A DNA stretch of 64,000 nt from IMG/VR virus record IMGVR_UViG_3300013923_000004, positions 1 through 64,000 of that record, one strand, 5' to 3'. A model generated the notes under the pieces. It had not been told where the DNA came from. It searched no databases and was given only the letters and a program-made list of their open reading frames with translations. Origin of the DNA: an uncultured virus (IMG/VR IMGVR_UViG_3300013923_000004) (lineage: Duplodnaviria; Heunggongvirae; Uroviricota; Caudoviricetes). Numbering within the stretch: position 1 is the first letter of the stretch; each line of letters starts with the position of its first letter. Shown piece by piece: positions 58,262 to 64,000 of this stretch. The translations under genes and the position numbers were made by a program.

Positions 58262-58693
58262 ATGCAACCGAACCAGCTTGCCAGCCAAGACACCGACCTG
58301 CCGCTGCCTAACGTCTATTTCGTCAGCGTCACCCACGCCCTGACCGGCCAAACCCACCACATGTACATCCCGGCCGACTTCAACGGCGCGGCGTTCAAGA
58401 AGGTCCAGAACCTCTGCGCCGAGCGCCACAACTTCCGGCCGTACCGGTCGAACAGCGTGATCAAGATGCGCCGCCTGAAGCTGTCCGACTACCTGGAGAA
58501 TCCCGGTGCCCTACCGGCCGCCGCCGCAGTCGCTGCCGAACTCGGTGAGCGCGACATGGTGGCTGCGCTGGCCAAGCGTCCGCAGGAGATCGCCGCGCTC
58601 ATGGAGCAGCGTGGCGAGGCCATCGACTTCGACGCCTTGGCCAAAGCCCTGGGCGAGCAGCTGCGCGCCGTTGACCAACTGGGAGCCGCGTGA
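58262..58693 (+). CDS. Hypothetical protein
   Basis: AAGGA RBS; typical codon usage. Confidence 0.7.
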   Translation: MQPNQLASQDTDLPLPNVYFVSVTHALTGQTHHMYIPADFNGAAFKKVQNLCAERHNFRPYRSNSVIKMRRLKLSDYLENPGALPAAAAVAAELGERDMVAALAKRPQEIAALMEQRGEAIDFDALAKALGEQLRAVDQLGAA

Positions 58694-58947
58694 TGGGACG
58701 TCAGGTAGAGGCACAGCTCGAGGACCTGGCGCTGGCTGGGTGCCTCGTACAGATCGCCTTTTTCGTCGAGGACGACGAAGGCACCGCGGTGGTCATTCGC
58801 AGGCCCATCGTGGACTTCCCAGACGGCAGCCGGCTCACCAGCGACCTGTGCGACGCCCTTGTTTTCGACTGCCGCAGCCGGCATAGCGCGAACTCCTGGG
58901 CGCTTGAGCAGCTCATCGACCTCGGCGTCCCGTTCCGCTGGTCGTAG
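58690..58947 (+). CDS. Hypothetical protein
   Basis: Coupled ORF. Confidence 0.6.
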   Translation: MMGRQVEAQLEDLALAGCLVQIAFFVEDDEGTAVVIRRPIVDFPDGSRLTSDLCDALVFDCRSRHSANSWALEQLIDLGVPFRWS

Positions 58948-58958
58948 GGGTGACGGTG

Positions 58959-59024
58959 CGTAAAGGTGGCCAAGGTAGGCCGCACGTAAAGGTGGCCAAG
59001 GTAAACCGCACGTAAAGGTGGCCA
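58959..59024. repeat. 26-bp tandem repeat, 2.5 copies, intergenic
   Basis: CGTAAAGGTGGCCAAGGTARRCCGCA. Confidence 0.9.
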
Positions 59025-59044
59025 CGAGCCACGAGGATCTCCAC

Positions 59045-59332
59045 ATGTTCGACTTCGATCCGTTCCAGAGCAACCGGCCTGGCGCCTCCCGCGCCCACCT
59101 CCTGGACGAGGACGGGCAGCTCGCCGGTGTCGTCTCGTTCGTCCTGGACCAGGACTTCGTCCGCGTCGCGGCCGAAGTCTTTGACCCGGTCAGCTTCCGC
59201 AGCGTGCGCCACAGCTCCGCCATGGTATGGGGCGACGGCCGCGTCCTCGTTGACGATGAAGTGCCGGTGTACCTCGTGCATCAGGACCCGCCGCCGCCCG
59301 CCTGGGCCTTCTGGCGATCCACTGCAGCCTGA
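59045..59332 (+). CDS. Hypothetical protein
   Basis: GAGGA RBS before ATG 59045. Confidence 0.6.
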   Translation: MFDFDPFQSNRPGASRAHLLDEDGQLAGVVSFVLDQDFVRVAAEVFDPVSFRSVRHSSAMVWGDGRVLVDDEVPVYLVHQDPPPPAWAFWRSTAA

Positions 59333-59373
59333 CCTGTAAATAAACGAATACATTAATAACGGAGTGCGTCGAT

Positions 59374-59559
59374 ATGAGCATCACTCAGCAGCTTGCACAC
59401 TGGTTCATCGCCCTCGGCCTCGACCCGGCCATGGGCGCCCTGCTCGCCCTCATCCTGCTGGTGGCCATCCCGCTGATGATCGGCGCCGGTATCGTCGCGC
59501 TCTTCGAAGAGGACGAGGACGAGGGCGCCATCACGTTCGTCAAGGAGGTCAGGCTGTGA
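59374..59559 (+). CDS. Small membrane protein
   Basis: Long hydrophobic stretch and acidic tail; GGAG RBS. Confidence 0.65.
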   Translation: MSITQQLAHWFIALGLDPAMGALLALILLVAIPLMIGAGIVALFEEDEDEGAITFVKEVRL

Positions 59560-60197
59560 GAAAGCTCCTCTTCAAGGATCGGGACCTCGACCTCGTCACC
59601 GATTCGACCGACCTCCACTACTGCTTCCTGGTCGAGCAGGTGCTGCCCATCCTTGGCTACCGTGACACCGACGCCCTCAGACGCCGCGTCGGCGACAGCG
59701 AGATCGACAGCCACTACGGCAAGCCCAGCGTCAAGGTCAGGGCGTTGGTCGCCCTCGTCCTCAGTCGGCGCCGCAAGGACGCTGAGGACTTCGGTGAGTG
59801 GCTCATCGACCAGTTCGGCGACGAGCCGGACCGGCAGCGCTGGGCAGTGCGCCAGAATCGCCTGGGCAGGGTCGCGCAGCGCATCGAGCACATCACCTTC
59901 GAGCAGCTCGTCGCAGCGATGGGTGTGAGGTCGGATAACCGGGTGTCGTTCCACAACGCGCTGCGCGCCGCTTCTGACGTCGTTCGCAGCGTAGGGCTAC
60001 CTGGGTTCTGCTTAGGTGGGGAACGCTTCACCATCGACGTCCTAGGCGCCTTGGCGGTCAGGTCGATCGGTGGGGCACGGGCAGCTCTCACGCCGGGCCG
60101 GGTTGCCGCCCTCGCAGCCCTCTCCAAAGCGGTGAGCAGGGGTGAATGGATTGAGGAGGAGGTCCTCGTCCAGATCCGGGAAGGGCTGGATGGATGA
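59556..60197 (+). CDS. Divergent BRO-N-like DNA-binding protein
   Basis: FLVEQVLPILGY..A and LVLSRRRKDAEDFGEWL resemble BRO-N; GTGA overlap. Confidence 0.55.
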   Translation: MRKLLFKDRDLDLVTDSTDLHYCFLVEQVLPILGYRDTDALRRRVGDSEIDSHYGKPSVKVRALVALVLSRRRKDAEDFGEWLIDQFGDEPDRQRWAVRQNRLGRVAQRIEHITFEQLVAAMGVRSDNRVSFHNALRAASDVVRSVGLPGFCLGGERFTIDVLGALAVRSIGGARAALTPGRVAALAALSKAVSRGEWIEEEVLVQIREGLDG

Positions 60198-60199
60198 GA

Positions 60200-60660
60200 T
60201 TATGCGTATACATCAATATACGCATAAGGGTTTATAGGCTCTTTCTATATATATAATATTTATTTATTTATTTTATATATATATATAGGTATAGGGCCTA
60301 GCAGGGGGCCTGGGGAATATAGTTTTGTGCTAGCAAAAGTGGGTATCACTTATGATTAGGACATCGACGAAATTTTTTCTCGAAGCGCCGTTGTCCTTAT
60401 AATTAGGGGTATCGCAAATTTTTTGCACTTCCCTGGGCACAAACATAACAAAGGGTCGTTTTTCTACTGTTTTGCCGGTACTGAGGACGACAACGTCGGC
60501 CAACCCCAGACAGAAATCGCCCAATTCCCGCAATCAAAAACATAGAATTTTCTCTCGGTACATAACAACATACGAAAACTGGCATAACAACTCCCTCAGA
60601 ACCACCCTTACTCCCCCACGGAATTTTTGCCCCTGAAAAAATCCGAGAGTTATCCACAGG
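60200..60660. other. Candidate replication origin
   Basis: 11-bp inverted repeat, 42-bp pure-AT run, CATAACAA repeats, DnaA box TTATCCACA at 60650-60658. Confidence 0.5.
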
Positions 60661-60835
60661 ACAAGGCCGGACATTTCACTCCCCATTCGCTTAAAAACGT
60701 GCCCCCATTCGGCCTATGGGGCCGAAGACTTGCTGTACACTTTTTAACCAATTAGCTCATTTTTCACTCATCCAGCTATGGAATTATCCATTCGCTGAGG
60801 TTTTTGCTTTCACGCTAATCGCCACCGAGGACGAC

Positions 60836-62266
60836 ATGGCCAACGCCACCCTATCCACCCTCCAAAGCCCCACCGGAAAGGTGCGGGTCAAGTTGCAGTC
60901 GCTGCCCGCCACGCCCAAGGGTTTCCCCAAGCAGCGTCTCTGCCCGTCGAGCAAGTCGGTGCGAGCCAACTACGGGCTGAGGGCGCCAGAGGTAGCCTGC
61001 GCGATGGCGGAAAGCCTGTCGTATGCCTATGCCTCACTGAGCGAGCCGGCGTTCGCGCCAATGGCCTGCGGGCCGTTCACCGAAAGGATGTTGGCGCAGT
61101 ACGTCGGAAGGTGCCTGTGGAGCTGGGACGATGTGCCGGCGTTCATTCCGCCGAAGAGGGTGCCGCCGCTGCCTATCCAGGCTGCCCAACAGGCAGAGGA
61201 CGACACCGCCCAACAGGCAGAGGCTGCCACCGACGGCAACGCCGAACCCCCCATCTACAACCCGGGCGAGGTCTCCCTCTACCACTGCTCCCGCCGCCTG
61301 ATGCAGATCGCCATGCGCTGCACCGCCCTGTTCCCCGAGGACATGCGATCGGTCAGCCCCCGCCTGTCCTGCAACCTGCTGCTGGGCAGCTACAACAGCG
61401 TCGACCGCGCCGTTGCACGGTTCCTGGCAGGCGCTGGCATGGAATACGACGGCCAAGGGTTGGCAGCGGCACTGGCCCACGTCGGCTATGGCGAGGTGCA
61501 GGACGGCGGGCTCCCGCCCTTCCACCGGTTGCCAGAGCGCAGCAAAAGGACGGGCTACAGCGTGCGCCAATCGCTGGCCCTGGACCTGGCCGGACCGGAA
61601 GGAACGCTGCCCCTAGCCCACGCAATTTTGAGGTCCACGCTGTACGAGGACGACCTGGCCAAGCGCCTGATCGAGGTAAAGGAGGGAGTGCTGGAACGGC
61701 TGCGCGAGCTGGCTGTGGAGGTGAGGGGCGTCGCCCCTGACGTGGCACAGATGATCGAGGACGGCGACATACCGTACGAAGGCGCTGCGGAGCGCGTGGT
61801 GCGCGGTGTCTGGGACCTGGACCTGGGGGTGCTCGACGAGGGCCGATCTACCGCGGACCCCGACGACGACCTGATGGCGCTCACCTGCCGAATGATCATA
61901 AGCGCGCTGGGCACAGGCCACGCCTACATCGGCGCAACGACACTGTTCGCCCTGGCGACGCTGTCTGGTGTGTCGCCGGCGGCATACGTCCGCTATGCCG
62001 AGAAGGACCTGGAGCGCCGCGGAGTCACCTACCTGACCAGCGCGACCGTGGGAGAACTGGCTGATCTGGTGGCAGAGGCAGACCTGAAGAAGGAGTCCCG
62101 AAGGGGCGTGCTGATCAAGGAGCTGCGCCTGCTCGAGGCCCGTCTGAAGCCGATGGAAGAGCTGCTGGAGAAGCGCGGCGAGCGGGTGAAGCGGCTGATG
62201 CGGGTGCGTGGTTGTCGGGTGGCTGAGGAGTGGCGCAAGGGTGGGAATAGGGAGTTGGAGGACTAG
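60836..62266 (+). CDS. Large hypothetical protein next to the origin candidate
   Basis: GAGG RBS; 476 aa; no motif recognised. Confidence 0.65.
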   Translation: MANATLSTLQSPTGKVRVKLQSLPATPKGFPKQRLCPSSKSVRANYGLRAPEVACAMAESLSYAYASLSEPAFAPMACGPFTERMLAQYVGRCLWSWDDVPAFIPPKRVPPLPIQAAQQAEDDTAQQAEAATDGNAEPPIYNPGEVSLYHCSRRLMQIAMRCTALFPEDMRSVSPRLSCNLLLGSYNSVDRAVARFLAGAGMEYDGQGLAAALAHVGYGEVQDGGLPPFHRLPERSKRTGYSVRQSLALDLAGPEGTLPLAHAILRSTLYEDDLAKRLIEVKEGVLERLRELAVEVRGVAPDVAQMIEDGDIPYEGAAERVVRGVWDLDLGVLDEGRSTADPDDDLMALTCRMIISALGTGHAYIGATTLFALATLSGVSPAAYVRYAEKDLERRGVTYLTSATVGELADLVAEADLKKESRRGVLIKELRLLEARLKPMEELLEKRGERVKRLMRVRGCRVAEEWRKGGNRELED

Positions 62267-62286
62267 CGAATCGAACTTTATGCGAA

Positions 62287-62549
62287 TACCGATTCGGTAG
62301 TTGCCAGCAACCATGCGGCCTGCGGAGGGTACCCGCACAATGTGCGGGTACCCTCTTTCGCGACTCACACGACCTGAATCGCCACGCTTCACGAGGACGA
62401 AAAAGCTGACCCCCACAATGTGCGGGTCAGCTCTGTAACCGGCAAATAACGAATCGTTATTTGCCAGCAACCACGCGGCCTGCAGCGGAGTTGGGGGTAC
62501 CTACGTCACGTAGGTACCCTAAAGACCCGCACAATGTGCGGGTCTTTAG
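62287..62549. repeat. Cluster of six palindromes with 1-nt loops and a 23-bp direct repeat
   Basis: Three copies of ACCCGCACA-A-TGTGCGGGT core with different complementary arms. Confidence 0.9.
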
Positions 62550-62667
62550 AAATCACAAGTATTTACAGCAATACAGGAACACTGCCATGATAGCGACGCC
62601 TCAGCGCACTGAGGCCCTGGTTTGGCGACCGGGAAAAGGAGCGGACAGTCTGGATTAGCCCGTTTAT

Positions 62668-62758
62668 GGCGGGCTGAGAGTGGGAGACCTGCGAGGGTCT
62701 GCCGGTTACGCTCGGCTGTCCGTTCTCCACCGGTTCGCCAACCCACTCTCAGCCTGCC
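62668..62758 (+). ncRNA. c4-like antisense RNA (P1/P7 immI type)
   Basis: 17-bp closing stem, AGACC/GGTCT and GCCG/CGGC hairpins, single-stranded segments complementary to upstream TTGGCG loop and CGGACAG; precedes a KilA-N gene. Confidence 0.75.
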
Positions 62759-62796
62759 ACCCTATTCGGTGGCTCCCGTAATTACAGGAGTTACGC

Positions 62797-63525
62797 ATGT
62801 CTGACATTATCAAAATCGACTTCGAGAGCCGCCAAGCAGAGCTGCACCTCGACAACAGTGGGCGCTACAACCTCAACGACCTGCACAAGGTGGCGGGAGG
62901 TGGGTCGAAGCATCAGCCTTCCAACTTCCTGCGCCTCGACACTACGAAGGCACTCATCGAAGCGCTGGAATTGGAGCGTTCCTCAGATCTGAGGATCGGT
63001 CAAGAATTGACCAAAAATTTAAGCTCCTCAGATCTGAGGAGCTTAAATTTTTCGCCCGTTGAAGTGGTCCTCGGCAAAGGCAAAGACCAAGGCACCTTCG
63101 TAGCCAAAGAACTGGTCTACGCCTACGCCATGTGGGTGAGCCCGAGGTTCATGTTGGCGGTCACCCGGATCATTGATGAAATCGCCCGGACCGGCACCTA
63201 CGCCCAGGACCGCTGGGTCGACTTCGCCGAATACTGCAACCTGGTCCGCAAGAGGATCAGCCCACGCAGCAAGACGCTGACCACGGTGCCACACAGTGTC
63301 AGGCACGCCCTGATCATTGCCCGGGCCGATCCCGCGATGGGCGATGCCATGGTGTTTGGCGATGGAGGCGCGTCGTGGGTCCGAGAGGATCGGCTGAGCA
63401 CGGCGTTCTGTATGTCCGCAGCCAAGGACGGCCAGGTGAACCGACACCACTTCGAGGCGGTGCGAGAAGCTGAGGAGTACAGCGTGCTGACGAAAGCGGA
63501 AGTTCTGGTAAAAGCCAACCCTTAA
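62797..63525 (+). CDS. KilA-N domain protein (antirepressor-like)
   Basis: GRYNLNDLHK, PSNFLRL, QGTFVAKELVYAYAMWVSPRF. Confidence 0.9.
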   Translation: MSDIIKIDFESRQAELHLDNSGRYNLNDLHKVAGGGSKHQPSNFLRLDTTKALIEALELERSSDLRIGQELTKNLSSSDLRSLNFSPVEVVLGKGKDQGTFVAKELVYAYAMWVSPRFMLAVTRIIDEIARTGTYAQDRWVDFAEYCNLVRKRISPRSKTLTTVPHSVRHALIIARADPAMGDAMVFGDGGASWVREDRLSTAFCMSAAKDGQVNRHHFEAVREAEEYSVLTKAEVLVKANP

Positions 63526-63559
63526 ATAAAGAAATATACGAATACATAGGAATTAGAAA

Positions 63560-63847
63560 ATGGGAATTCACGTTATTGAACAGGAGATGCGCCGGGCGTT
63601 GTTCGGGTCTGGAGTGAAGGCCAAGCAGCTGATCGAGAGACAGGAACAACCTGCAATCACCGTGACGCTGTCAGTGCGCCGTGATGGCGGGACCATCAAG
63701 CGATTCGAGAAGACGGTGAAGACGCTGAGCCGCCTGGAAGCCGAGATCGAGGCCAAGAAAGCGGCACGGGCTGAAGGCTGGACGGTGTGGTGTGTGCTGG
63801 AGGTTGACGACCATCACCACAACACCGCGCAGGAGGCATTCGCATGA
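63560..63847 (+). CDS. Hypothetical protein
   Basis: AGGA RBS. Confidence 0.7.
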   Translation: MGIHVIEQEMRRALFGSGVKAKQLIERQEQPAITVTLSVRRDGGTIKRFEKTVKTLSRLEAEIEAKKAARAEGWTVWCVLEVDDHHHNTAQEAFA

Positions 63848-64000
63848 GCAACCGACCAACCGGCGGGCCGGCGTTTCCGGTGCCAGGCTTCGAGTTTCTG
63901 GACGACAGAGACCCAACGAAACCAGAGCGGGTGGTAAACCTGCCGGCCCCAGGCATGACCTGCGCGACTACTTCGCCGCCAAGGCGATGCAGGGCTCGCT
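63844..64000 (+). pseudogene. Phage GGPAFP...GMTLRDYFAAKAMQG-type gene with a 1-bp frameshift; runs off the window
   Basis: Conserved LRDYFAAKAMQG lies in the -1 frame after ATG ACC at 63955-63960. Confidence 0.6.

Noticed and set aside
55621..59024. 24-bp and 26-bp repeats as CRISPR
   Set aside because: Head-to-tail tandem repeats without spacers
60836..62266. Protelomerase or integrase call for this ORF
   Set aside because: No tyrosine-recombinase catalytic pattern recognised
62325..62549. Mini CRISPR array
   Set aside because: Units share only a core, gaps are irregular (48 and 86 bp) and partly palindromic, and there are no cas genes in the window
1..64000. tRNA, rRNA, IS elements, reverse transcriptase/DGR
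   Set aside because: None recognised by eye; tRNAscan-SE and HMM searches would be needed to exclude them formally

Overview
64 kb of a GC-rich tailed-phage genome (siphovirus, lambda-like tail), probably infecting Pseudomonas given its Pseudomonas-like dUTPase. It is probably temperate, possibly a phage-plasmid: there is a ParG-like RHH gene at the left edge, a c4-like antisense RNA upstream of a KilA-N antirepressor-type gene, and no integrase in the window. Layout: (1) 1-24.5 kb, + strand, replication and nucleotide metabolism (Dda/RecD helicase, AEP primase-helicase, TraR-like, SNF2, ThyX, NrdB/NrdA, Pol I-type polymerase, exonuclease, resolvase-like nuclease, ATP ligase, SbcD/SbcC, dUTPase, two HNH endonucleases). 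(2) 24.5-56.1 kb, - strand, virion and lysis genes (HU, terminase, portal, S49 protease, capsid, tail, tape measure, M/L/K/I/J tip, GH8/CBM11-like tail enzyme, lysis cassette in inverted order). (3) 56.3-64 kb, + strand, early/control region. The most notable unannotated signals are: a dispersed palindrome CCTGTAWWTACAGG at about 17 gene starts in all modules; a ~650-nt highly structured leader or ncRNA with two boxA-like sites; nine helically phased A-tracts; an AT-only/DnaA-box origin candidate; six 1-nt-loop palindromes with covarying arms; a c4-like RNA with matching targets; and a perfect 40-bp palindrome inside kilA-N. All calls come from motif recognition by eye; no database search or folding was run.
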